A stretch of DNA of 25,444 nucleotides. Source: a virus. The stretch lies in IMG/VR virus record IMGVR_UViG_3300047550_006186. One strand, 5' to 3'. This document shows, piece after piece, positions 1 through 8,287 of the stretch (the first letter of the stretch is position 1; each line of letters opens with the position of its first letter). Below the pieces are notes generated by a model, which saw only the letters and a program-made list of their open reading frames with translations, made no database searches and was not told the origin of the DNA. A program made the position numbers and the translations under genes.

Positions 1-39
1 GGCGCACGGATGTGGTATATACGTGGCAAAAAGATGACA

Positions 40-230
40 AGTGAAATCAATCAATGGATGCAGGCCAACAACATCACCTGGCCCTGGCCAAGGGAAACCC
101 AGGTCCAATTTCTGCTCACCTGGGGTTAGTCTTTCGCTGCGCAAGCCTGTTGGGCTGACCCATTGGGGTCTGATGTCAGCCACTACGATCAAGCAGGAAG
201 CTGTTGGTGTTTAGACCAACAATAGTTCAC
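40..230 (+). mobile_element. Degenerate relic of IS200/IS605-family tnpB 3' end plus right-end (RE) hairpin (omegaRNA-like scaffold, no TnpB ORF)
   Basis: nt 170-230 GATGTCAGCCACTACGATCAAGCAGGAAGC...TAGTTCAC aligns with the reverse complement of the intact tnpB 3' end and RE at 6311-6400. Further upstream blocks (CATTGGGG, GCCTGT, ATCAATCAATGGA) align with gaps. No intact ORF. Confidence 0.6.
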
Positions 231-292
231 TGTGATCCAAAAAAAATTTCCGCGGCAGAAGGTAAATATAGTAGTTCAACCCCGGAGAGCCT

Positions 293-1465
293 ATGACACT
301 ATCGGTCAACATCCAAACCTACGGTGCCGTAGCTGATGCACAAACAGACAACAGCGCGATCTTCCAACAAGCTATTGACGATATCATCTCCCTGGGAGGT
401 GGAGTTCTCTACATACCAGCAGGCATTTATGCGTTGCATTCCCAGATCACAGCAACATGCAGCCAACAACAACATCTGACCATCAAAGGCGACGGGCGTT
501 ACGTGAGCGTGCTGAGGTTCATGCAGGACCAACAACTGGGAATCAGCATGATCAGCACCAGCCAGCAGGCCAACTATCTGCCCAATTTCGAGGTGCATGA
601 TCTGGGACTGGTCACCACGCAACCCAACGCAGGCACAGCCCTCAACATTAGCTATGCCATTGATCAAAACATTGAAAACACCGTCAACGTGCATGACGTT
701 CGCATTACCCAAGACCTTTACAGCCATCCTTTGGGCTACTGGACACAGGGCGTTTCCTGCACCAATGCCCGCAACGGCCGTATCCGCAATATGCACTTTT
801 ATGGCGAGCGTGATGCACAACCGCAAACACAATATGCCATACACCTGCAAAAACAATGCACCAGCTTTGTGATCAGCGACTGTTTGATCTTGGAAAGCCA
901 CACGGGCATCCTGGCCGAGGGCAGCACGGAAGGAGTGTACATACACAACACGGACGTGGTGGGAGTGCGCAAGGGTATCATTCATCAAGCTGATCAGGGG
1001 GCTGAACCGCAGCTGACCATCACTGACAGCCATGTGAATGCCAGCGAAACATGCATACACAGCAAGAACATCCAACAGGGCGTGATAGCCAACTGCTTGT
1101 TTTATGCTAACAGCTGGTTTGATGGCCCCAACTATCCCAGCTGGCAGGGCATCAAGTATGAGGGAGGATTTAATGCCTACAACAAAGTGCTGGGCTGCAC
1201 GTTCAGCAAGGAAGATCAGCGATACAATGACCAAACTGTGGGCATAGAGATCGTTGAGGGCAACAGCATGATCGTGGATGCCAACCAGTTTTTTGGCCCG
1301 GGCAACAATCCACTCACCTGGGGAGTGCTGGTGCAACCTGCTGCTTACAACATCAAGATCGGCGCCAGCAATTGTTACACCAACGTGGCCAATCCCAGCA
1401 GCATGCAGACACCTCTGACCTCATCCCCACAAAAACCATGGTGGCGCCGGCTGTTGTGGGGCTAG
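293..1465 (+). CDS. Right-handed beta-helix protein (pectate-lyase-3 / tailspike-like glycosidase fold)
   Basis: N-terminal YGAVADAQTDNSAIFQQAID...GGGVLYIPAGIYAL matches the Pectate_lyase_3 N-terminal signature (GAkGDGvTDDTaAiQ..A....gg.vyvPaGtY). ATG has GGAGAG upstream. No signal peptide. Confidence 0.7.
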   Translation: MTLSVNIQTYGAVADAQTDNSAIFQQAIDDIISLGGGVLYIPAGIYALHSQITATCSQQQHLTIKGDGRYVSVLRFMQDQQLGISMISTSQQANYLPNFEVHDLGLVTTQPNAGTALNISYAIDQNIENTVNVHDVRITQDLYSHPLGYWTQGVSCTNARNGRIRNMHFYGERDAQPQTQYAIHLQKQCTSFVISDCLILESHTGILAEGSTEGVYIHNTDVVGVRKGIIHQADQGAEPQLTITDSHVNASETCIHSKNIQQGVIANCLFYANSWFDGPNYPSWQGIKYEGGFNAYNKVLGCTFSKEDQRYNDQTVGIEIVEGNSMIVDANQFFGPGNNPLTWGVLVQPAAYNIKIGASNCYTNVANPSSMQTPLTSSPQKPWWRRLLWG

Positions 1466-2017
1466 ATCAAGCACAATTGCCACAATCAAACAAGGTTGTA
1501 CTTTGACAAACCTTGGTTCCCAGTCTAAACTTGTCTATTAGAACAATCAACATTTAACATGGCGGTGAATGGCTCCGTTGGCGGAAGGGATGGTAGTACC
1601 ATCAGGAACGCACAAAAATGGTATAGTTTGGTACCGACCGGGAAGCACCGCTGCCCACATGAGCATGAAATCTGCCAGTGCGAGCCCGGAATAGTCAGTC
1701 ACAGTTGGGAATGGACTGCTCAAATCATCTTGGGAATGTGATGCATTCCTAGAAATGGATCGCTCTGGCTGGCCATGGCCAACGATCAGGAATTCACAAG
1801 TCTCACAAGGCGCTTGTGAATTATACCGCTGTGAAAGTTTGATCTTTCAGATATCACACAACTTGATAGTGTCAAGAACAGGTACCGGACAACCGCCTGT
1901 TGTATTTGTCAAATACTGAGTGTGGCCTTGTGTCCTGATGCTGGCGTACCAAGCAGGATGGTTTATATCAACCCACATTTGTGTGGGAAGATATGGTCCA
2001 TCCACAGGCACCCAATG

Positions 2018-2356
2018 CTAAACCTGGTTCCACAATCTCAGTAAAATTCCAGCAAGTGCATTTGCTTCATTCTCAATATCACTGCCTGTGACACCATCTT
2101 CTGCTGTTAGTTCTCTAAATTCTGATTGTTTCCTGTGAATGAGCTCGTGGCACAGCGTCCTCAGGCAATCAGTTGGATGACGATCCTTGATACAAACCAC
2201 AATCTGTTGAGTGCGTGGGTCATAATATCCAAAGGTTTTCTGATGGCCATTTTGAATATCCTGGTTGACCAGTCTCACTCTTACTTTGCCTTCAATACCC
2301 AGACGGGGCTTGCACCAAACAACGAAATCGTGGCAAATTTTCTGATAGGGATTCAT
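2018..2356 (-). CDS. Small HExxH zincin-like protein (SprT-like fold suspected)
   Basis: 112-aa ORF with LCHELIHRKQ HExxH motif preceded by a beta-rich segment. Divergent from purM. Confidence 0.45.
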   Translation of the reverse strand: MNPYQKICHDFVVWCKPRLGIEGKVRVRLVNQDIQNGHQKTFGYYDPRTQQIVVCIKDRHPTDCLRTLCHELIHRKQSEFRELTAEDGVTGSDIENEANALAGILLRLWNQV

Positions 2357-2420
2357 GTGTGTATTTAAGACATATGGTATTCTTTTTGACTATAATACAC
2401 TAACAACCTACGAGATACTC

Positions 2421-3410
2421 ATGAGCAAAAAATATCAACAAGCAGGAGTGGACATTGACGCGGCTGAACAATTGGTCAAGTTGATCTCGCCTTTGGCCCA
2501 GTCTACCTACAAACCAGCAGTGATCACGGGGGTGGGTGGATTTGGTGCAGTGTTTGATCCACGTATGACTGGTTATGTGGATCCACTCATAGTCAGCAGC
2601 ACTGATGGGGTGGGCACCAAACTGCTGTTGGCAGCTCAAACAGGCATTTGGCAACACATTGGTGAGGATTTGGTGGCCATGTGTGTGAACGATCTGCTGG
2701 TACAAGGTGCAGAGCCTCAGTTTTTTCTGGATTATTATGCCACCAGTCGATTGGATACCACAGTTGCACAACAGGTGATTGGCAGCATTGCACATGCTTG
2801 TGTGTTGGCTGGATGTAGTTTGGTGGGCGGAGAATGTGCAGAAATGCCAGGTGTTTATTTGCCCAAAGACTGTGATATGGCTGGATTTGCTGTGGGATTT
2901 GTGGAAAGACCTCAATTGCTGCCAGCAAACATACAAGAGGGGGATCAATTGTTGGGATTGGCCAGCAGTGGATTTCACAGCAACGGATACAGTTTGATTC
3001 GCAAAATTGTCGCCAACATGGATCTGGAGCAACATTGCCCCTGGGCACCTTATCAAACATTGGCACAGGCACTCATGACACCCACACGAATTTATGTCAA
3101 GAGCGTCATTCCATTGGTCAAAGCCAACCTACTCAAAGGTGTGGCACATATTACTGGCGGAGGATTGTACAGCAATGTCATGCGTATTATTCCTGCACAT
3201 TTGGATGCCCAGATGGGTGTGAAAATTCCTGCTGCATTTTATTGGATGCAAAGCAAGGGGGAGATCACCACAGAGGAATTGTATCAAGTGTTCAACTGTG
3301 GAGTGGGTATGGTGTTGCTGGTCAGCCCAGATAATGTCACACAAGTCTCGGACCTATTGATAGAACAGGGCGAACAAGTAATGCAATTGGGAAAGGTGAT
3401 TGCCCGATGA
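2421..3410 (+). CDS. purM: Phosphoribosylformylglycinamidine cyclo-ligase (AIR synthetase)
   Basis: MSKKYQQAGVDIDAAE..., GVGGFGA, SSTDGVGTKL, DLVAMCVNDLLVQGAEPQFFLDYYAT and SGFHSNGYSL are near-identical to E. coli PurM motifs. Start placed at ATG 2421 by homology; the track ORF begins at 2355. Confidence 0.95.
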   Translation: MSKKYQQAGVDIDAAEQLVKLISPLAQSTYKPAVITGVGGFGAVFDPRMTGYVDPLIVSSTDGVGTKLLLAAQTGIWQHIGEDLVAMCVNDLLVQGAEPQFFLDYYATSRLDTTVAQQVIGSIAHACVLAGCSLVGGECAEMPGVYLPKDCDMAGFAVGFVERPQLLPANIQEGDQLLGLASSGFHSNGYSLIRKIVANMDLEQHCPWAPYQTLAQALMTPTRIYVKSVIPLVKANLLKGVAHITGGGLYSNVMRIIPAHLDAQMGVKIPAAFYWMQSKGEITTEELYQVFNCGVGMVLLVSPDNVTQVSDLLIEQGEQVMQLGKVIAR

Positions 3411-4996
3411 CCAGATTTATTTTTATCACAGGTGGTGTTGTCAGCAGTCTAGGCAAGGGTATTGTGGCTGCCAGCTTGGGCGCACTGCTGCAAGCTCATG
3501 GTTGGAGTGTGAGGATTAGAAAAATGGACCCCTATTTGAATGTGGATCCAGGCACCATGAGTCCTCTACAGCATGGGGAAGTGTTTGTCACACAAGATGG
3601 AGCAGAAACTGACCTGGACTTGGGCCACTATGAACGATTTACAGGCGTGCATGCCACACGCAAAGACAATATCACTGCGGGTAGAATTTATCAACAGGTG
3701 ATTGCCAGAGAACGACAGGGAGGATATTTGGGCGCAACGGTGCAGGTGATTCCTCACATAACAGATGCTATCAAAACTGCCATTGTGGAAGACACCACGC
3801 AGGAAGATTTTGTGATCTGTGAAATTGGTGGCACAGTGGGTGATATTGAGAGCTTGCCATTTTTGGAAGCCATCCGTCAGTTGGCCAACGAATTGGGCAC
3901 TGAACAGGTGATGTTTGTGCATGTGACTCTGCTGCCCTGGATAGAAACTGCTGGTGAACTCAAAACCAAACCCACTCAACACAGTGTGAGAACACTGTTG
4001 AGCTTGGGCATCAGCCCACACATGTTGGTTTGCCGAACTGACAGACCCATACCACTCAGTGAGCGCAAAAAGCTCAGTCTATTTTGTAATGTCAAGTCCA
4101 GTGCTGTCATAGAGGCCCAGAATGTCAGCAACATTTATTCAGCACCAGTTGTGTATATGCAGGCTGGCATGGACAAGGCTATATTTGAACATTTTGACAT
4201 CACCTACACTATGCCCTCTGTGGAAAATTGGCAAAATCTTATCAATCAAATTGAATCAAGACTACAATCTGTGACAATTGGTGTGGTGGGCAAATATGTC
4301 AACCTCAGGGACAGCTACAAGAGTTTGGCAGAAGCTTTGGAACACGGTGGCATTGCCAATGGATCACATGTGAATGTCCTATGGATTGATTGTGAGAAAA
4401 CCAATTTGGTGGACGATTTGCTGATGTGTGATGGTATTTTGGTGCCTGGTGGATTTGGTGCCAGAGGCATCAAGGGCAAGCTGGAGGCCATCACCCATGC
4501 TAGAACTCACAACAAACCATTTTTGGGCATCTGTTTGGGTATGCAATTGGCTGTGATTGAAGCTTTGCAGAGTGTGGGTCTCAAGGAGGTCAACAGCACA
4601 GAATTTGGCACATGTGGCCAGCCAGTGGTGGATATTTTGCCAGGACAAAATCAAACGCTGGGAGGCACAATGCGACTGGGCAACTATCCTGCCATCCTAG
4701 ACCCCACCAGCCTGGCCAAAAAAATCTACCAACAGAATCTTATTGAAGAACGGCACAGACACAGATATGAAGTGGTGCTCAATGCTCATACCCGACAAGA
4801 ACTGGATCAATTGGGCATGAAGGTCACTGGCACCAGTCCTGACCAAGTGTTGCCGGAAATTGTGGAAATACCCACTCATGCTTGGTTCATGGGAGTTCAA
4901 TTTCATCCAGAACTTACTAGCAAACCCTTGAATCCACATCCCATATTTGTTAGCTATATACAAGCTTGCATCAATCACAAGGAAAATCAAAGATGA
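3407..4996 (+). CDS. pyrG: CTP synthase
   Basis: FITGGVVSSLGKGI, DPYLNVDPGTMSP, QHGEVFVT.DGAETDLDLGHYERF, GGTVGDIESLPFLEAIRQ and a glutaminase domain (GICLGMQ, ERHRHRYE) are present. The ATG overlaps the purM stop (ATGA). Confidence 0.97.
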   Translation: MTRFIFITGGVVSSLGKGIVAASLGALLQAHGWSVRIRKMDPYLNVDPGTMSPLQHGEVFVTQDGAETDLDLGHYERFTGVHATRKDNITAGRIYQQVIARERQGGYLGATVQVIPHITDAIKTAIVEDTTQEDFVICEIGGTVGDIESLPFLEAIRQLANELGTEQVMFVHVTLLPWIETAGELKTKPTQHSVRTLLSLGISPHMLVCRTDRPIPLSERKKLSLFCNVKSSAVIEAQNVSNIYSAPVVYMQAGMDKAIFEHFDITYTMPSVENWQNLINQIESRLQSVTIGVVGKYVNLRDSYKSLAEALEHGGIANGSHVNVLWIDCEKTNLVDDLLMCDGILVPGGFGARGIKGKLEAITHARTHNKPFLGICLGMQLAVIEALQSVGLKEVNSTEFGTCGQPVVDILPGQNQTLGGTMRLGNYPAILDPTSLAKKIYQQNLIEERHRHRYEVVLNAHTRQELDQLGMKVTGTSPDQVLPEIVEIPTHAWFMGVQFHPELTSKPLNPHPIFVSYIQACINHKENQR

Positions 4997-5580
4997 CTAG
5001 AGTGAGCACAGCAGTATTCATAAGTGGTAGAGGCAGCAATCTGCAGAGTTTGCTAGCTGCACACAAACAACAGGATTATCCTGCTGAGATCAAACTGGTT
5101 GTGAGCAATCGTCGCCACGCACCGGGGTTGAATTTGGCCTACAAGGCTGGCATACCAACTGCTGTATTTGACAATAGCTGGTACGGCAAAAATAGACTGT
5201 TACAGGAGCAACACATACATGAATTTTTGGTCAAACAAAAAATTCAAATGATTGTGTTGGCTGGTTACATGAGAGTGCTCAGCGAAGATTTTGTGAACAA
5301 ATGGCAGGATAGAATTATCAATATTCATCCCAGCTTGTTGCCACTATATCCAGGCTTGCACACTCATCAACGAGTGTTGACAGCTGGCGATAGATATCAT
5401 GGTTGCACAGTGCATTGGGTCACGCCTGTGTTGGATGCTGGTCCCGTCATTGCTCAGGCTGTGGTGCCTGTGTTGGAGGGCGACACAGAGGATACCCTGG
5501 CAGCCAGAGTTTTGGAACAAGAGCACTTGATCTATCCTCAAGCTCTAGCTGTGGCTGCCCAAAAAATTCAACAAGCTTGA
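4993..5580 (+). CDS. purN: Phosphoribosylglycinamide formyltransferase
   Basis: ISGRGSNLQ, VLAGYMRVLS, NIHPSLLPLYPGLHTH and EDTLAARVLEQEH(L)IYP match PurN. The ATG at 4993 overlaps the pyrG stop (ATGA). Confidence 0.93.
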   Translation: MTRVSTAVFISGRGSNLQSLLAAHKQQDYPAEIKLVVSNRRHAPGLNLAYKAGIPTAVFDNSWYGKNRLLQEQHIHEFLVKQKIQMIVLAGYMRVLSEDFVNKWQDRIINIHPSLLPLYPGLHTHQRVLTAGDRYHGCTVHWVTPVLDAGPVIAQAVVPVLEGDTEDTLAARVLEQEHLIYPQALAVAAQKIQQA

Positions 5581-5630
5581 CATAAGACAGTTGTTTGTTA
5601 ATGGAAACCCGCAAGATTCAAAGATAGAAA

Positions 5631-5657
5631 CAGGGTATATGAAGTTCATACACCCTG
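5631..5657. terminator. Convergent hairpin between purN and a small minus-strand ORF
   Basis: CAGGGTATATGAA-G-TTCATACACCCTG, a 13-bp stem with one mismatch. The T-rich tract lies on the minus-strand side. Confidence 0.4.
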
Positions 5658-5662
5658 AGTGA

Positions 5663-5839
5663 TCACGTGGATGACTTTTTGCCAGTGGCGTTTTCAAACA
5701 CTTCCTTCATGGGGTGCATTTTCCAAGCTTCCATGGCAAAATCCTGTGTGGCTTTGAAAGCCTGATTGGTCACATCCACTGTTAGTCGGTTGATTGTGGT
5801 AACGTAATCAGTTACGCTTTGATAAAACTGTTGATACAT
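5663..5839 (-). CDS. Small hypothetical protein (58 aa), below the ORF-track length threshold
   Basis: Translated manually as MYQQFYQSVTDYVTTINRLTVDVTNQAFKATQDFAMEAWKMHPMKEVFENATGKKSST. It has a strong SD (AAGGAGGA) 5 nt upstream of the ATG and is followed by the hairpin at 5631-5657. Confidence 0.5.
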   Translation of the reverse strand: MYQQFYQSVTDYVTTINRLTVDVTNQAFKATQDFAMEAWKMHPMKEVFENATGKKSST

Positions 5840-5912
5840 GACATCCTCCTTGGTTTGTGTTACAATTATTTATGCTGCATTGCACAATTAAAGTCAAATA
5901 ACAGGGGCTGAC

Positions 5913-6314
5913 ATGGAAATATCAGATCTAAAAATAATATCAAACATGATCATCAACAGCAAAAAATGGTTTGGTGAGGATTGGCTGTGGGGCTCTCCAC
6001 ATACAGGTGCAATCAAATATCATGTGCCGTTGTGGGATTTGTACTTGACTAGAGAATATGTGAACGTGCCCAAGGGCAAGATCCATATGTTCGGTAGGAA
6101 ATTCTACAATGGCATCACCTATGTTCGATGGGAGTTTGCAACCGATTTAGGTATCGTGAACTACAAAGAGCTTGTTCATTGGACCACAAGTAGAGGATGG
6201 CAGTTATTTGCAGATGAACAAATTCTAGAGGAGATGGAATATGTGGGTGATTTGCAATCGTTTGAAAATGCTATCACTTGGTTCAAACTCATGAACACTC
6301 TTGACATTCCGTGA
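5913..6314 (+). CDS. Hypothetical protein (133 aa); its stop codon is supplied by the IS right end
   Basis: ORF without recognisable motifs. The TGA at 6312-6314 lies inside the terminal GTGAAC of the IS RE. Confidence 0.4.
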   Translation: MEISDLKIISNMIINSKKWFGEDWLWGSPHTGAIKYHVPLWDLYLTREYVNVPKGKIHMFGRKFYNGITYVRWEFATDLGIVNYKELVHWTTSRGWQLFADEQILEEMEYVGDLQSFENAITWFKLMNTLDIP

Positions 6315-6460
6315 ACTACCACGCCCTAAAGGGCTGTGGCTTCCTGCTTCATCGTAGTGGCTGACATCTCACCCCAATGAGTGAGAATATCTGCCACCAC
6401 ATCCACAGGCGCTTGGGGCAGTTCCTGCCCTGCATGATCTAGTGTCCATTGTTGATGTCC
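6295..6460 (-). ncRNA. Predicted TnpB omegaRNA (scaffold = tnpB 3' end plus RE; guide = ~16 nt flanking the RE)
   Basis: By analogy with characterised TnpB systems. Conserved blocks (AGGGCAGGAACTGCCC hairpin, CGCCTGTGGA, CATTGG, RE hairpin) are shared with two tnpB-less copies at 40-230 and 13600-13777. The predicted guide is the reverse complement of ~6295-6310. Confidence 0.45.
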
Positions 6461-7601
6461 CCAATTACAGATGTTCACTGCTGCATTTATGTCCCTGTGC
6501 TCAGTTACACCGCAATGATCACAATGATATTCTCTTTGATGGAGATCCATGTGACTTTTGCGTGCACCACATGCACTACAGGTCTTGCTACTGGGTAGCC
6601 ACTGATTGATCTTGACCAAATGATGGCCTTGGAGTTGACACTTGTAGGCTAATGCACCTGTCAGCATGGCCCAACCCGCATCAGCTATGCACTTGGCTGC
6701 GGGCTTGCTCTTGCGTCTCATCTCTTCAATTTTCAGTGTTTCAACACACACCAGGTCATGTGATTTGGTTATTCTCGCACTGGTCTGATGTATATGGTTT
6801 AATCTTTGGCAGCGAACCAGATCATGGGTTCTTGCCAGTCTTGTTTTTGCTTTTGTTCTATTCCTACTTGCTTTTTGTTTTCTCGATAGTTTGCGTTGTA
6901 GTAATTTGATACGTGATTGTTTTTTGGATAATGGCTTGGGATTTGCCACTAGCTCACCAGTTGATAGTGCCGTGAACTTGCTGTTGACATCCACACCCAC
7001 TGGATTGGCAATTTGATCAACCAATGGTAGTTCCAAGACATCAACCACAAAACTGGCATACCAGCCACGTGGTGTTTGAGTGACAGTCACACCCTTGAAT
7101 AGGGGTAGATGTCTGTGCAATACAATCTTGATATCACCAATCTTGGGTAGATATAACTTGTTGTTGTCAACTCTCACATTTTGTTGATATCTAAAGCTAA
7201 CAGGTGTTGTGTATTTGCTTTTGAACCGGGGAAAGCCAGCGCCTGTTTTCTTCATATTTTTCAGTGCTGTATCCAAGTCGCTTATGCTTTGTTGTAGTAC
7301 CTGACTGTAGGTATCTGATAACCACAGGTTGTTTTTCTTCAAATCAACCAATTGCTTGGCCATATCATTATACCAAACAAACTTTTTGGTCAATTGATAT
7401 TCATCAATGTTCACACGGAGGAAATGATTGTATAGATATCGCACTGCTCCGCCCGCAGAACGCATCTGTTGTTCCTGTTGTGGGGTTGGATAAATTCGAT
7501 ATCTGTATCGCAATTTCATATATCTATTTATATAATTCAGTCAATCGCCGCTATCCATCCAGGGGCTAAAGCGCCCTGGCTTTCCGCGGCGGGAGATAAT
7601 T
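6311..7601 (-). mobile_element. TnpB-only IS200/IS605-family (IS1341-type) insertion sequence, ~1.29 kb
   Basis: tnpB is flanked by an RE hairpin (6311-6353, GTGAACTACCACGCCCTAAAGGGCTGTGGCTTCCTGCTTCATC) and an LE (7546-7601, ...CTATCCATCCAGGGGCTAAAGCGCCCTGG CTTTCCGCGGCGGGAGATAAT). The same end sequences recur as solo copies elsewhere in the window. Confidence 0.85.
6326..7519 (-). CDS. tnpB: RNA-guided endonuclease TnpB (IS605 OrfB family)
   Basis: N-terminus MKLRYRYRIYPTPQQEQ, RuvC-I VGVDVNS, RuvC-II CVETLKIEEM, and a zinc finger CSACG...HCDHCG followed by RDINAAVNI (RuvC-III). The TAG stop lies inside the RE. Confidence 0.93.
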   Translation of the reverse strand: MKLRYRYRIYPTPQQEQQMRSAGGAVRYLYNHFLRVNIDEYQLTKKFVWYNDMAKQLVDLKKNNLWLSDTYSQVLQQSISDLDTALKNMKKTGAGFPRFKSKYTTPVSFRYQQNVRVDNNKLYLPKIGDIKIVLHRHLPLFKGVTVTQTPRGWYASFVVDVLELPLVDQIANPVGVDVNSKFTALSTGELVANPKPLSKKQSRIKLLQRKLSRKQKASRNRTKAKTRLARTHDLVRCQRLNHIHQTSARITKSHDLVCVETLKIEEMRRKSKPAAKCIADAGWAMLTGALAYKCQLQGHHLVKINQWLPSSKTCSACGARKSHMDLHQREYHCDHCGVTEHRDINAAVNICNWGHQQWTLDHAGQELPQAPVDVVADILTHWGEMSATTMKQEATAL

Positions 7602-7696
7602 CCAACGTTTAAATATCCACAGTGGACTATGACTGTAATCAACCCACTCTAAAAATTCTGCACAGTCATCAAACTCGCTCAAACAGGAGACAATTG

Positions 7697-8176
7697 ATGG
7701 CGAAATGGATTAGCACAAAAACTTATACGCAAATCGGGCCTGTGGCTTATCGTCAATGGAGGGCAGACAGTAACTGTAAATTTCTACATGGATATTCCCT
7801 CAGCTTTCATTTTGAGTTCGAAGCTGACACACTAGATGCCCGTAACTGGGTGATGGATTTTGGTGGATTGCGTCCATTGAAAGAGAAACTGGAAGAATGG
7901 TTCGATCATACGTTACTTTTGGCCTCAGATGATCCTCTATATGATGAAATCAAGAGATTGGGCGATCTGGGTCTAGCCAAAATAACAGAAGTTGAACGCA
8001 CTGGCTGTGAAGGTATTGCAGATTTCCTCTACAAATATATCAATGGAGTATTTTTGCCTCAATATGGTGCAGCAGAAGCTGCGAGGATTTGGTGCAGCAT
8101 GGTTCAAGTTCGCGAAACTGATGCAAATATGGCCATGAGAGTGGGACACCGCGAGGACAATGAAGAATTATTTTGA
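7697..8176 (+). CDS. queD: 6-carboxytetrahydropterin synthase / PTPS-family protein (QueD-like)
   Basis: CKFLHGYSLSFHFEF (Cys ... HGH-type motif), overall PTPS/QueD length and pattern. ATG 7697 is preceded by AGGAGA; the track ORF is extended upstream to 7622. Confidence 0.7.
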   Translation: MAKWISTKTYTQIGPVAYRQWRADSNCKFLHGYSLSFHFEFEADTLDARNWVMDFGGLRPLKEKLEEWFDHTLLLASDDPLYDEIKRLGDLGLAKITEVERTGCEGIADFLYKYINGVFLPQYGAAEAARIWCSMVQVRETDANMAMRVGHREDNEELF

Positions 8177-8226
8177 AGGTTGGGACCAATAGCAATTCCT
8201 GTTAGGAACGCCAACTGAAAAAAACA

Positions 8227-8254
8227 GTTGACACAAAATGGCTGTCAAGTATAA
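8227..8254 (+). promoter_or_regulatory. Sigma70-type promoter (TTGACA, 16-nt spacer, TATAAT)
   Basis: TTGACA at 8227-8232 and TATAAT at 8249-8254, about 34 nt upstream of the deaminase ATG. Confidence 0.6.
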
Positions 8255-8287
8255 TACTCGTGTTGTAACAAGAACACGGGTGTTTCT

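Noticed and set aside
299-1336. 345-aa minus-strand ORF antisense to the beta-helix gene
   Set aside because: Shadow ORF entirely inside a well-supported plus-strand gene, with no SD and no motif. The same applies to the other long antisense ORFs: 2400-3056, 2593-3072, 3566-4021, 10580-11164, 11444-11848, 12501-13112, 19605-20399, 20994-21665 and 24202-24924.
1640-1700. Weak resemblance of CCGGGAAGCACCGCTGCC to the SRP-RNA domain IV motif
   Set aside because: Flanking helices of 4.5S RNA are not reproducible by eye. Similarity is too short to call.
1559-1741. 60-aa plus-strand ORF in the long intergenic region
   Set aside because: No ribosome-binding site, Cys/His-rich low-complexity translation. 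Treated as non-coding.
2355-2420. N-terminal extensions of purM (2355), purN (4966), queD (7622), the 151-aa ORF (9885), csgF (18987), cyclase (23203) and DUF3307 (18346) in the ORF track
   Set aside because: Homology, SD position and signal-peptide placement support the downstream ATGs. The track appears to open ORFs at the first ATG, GTG or TTG.
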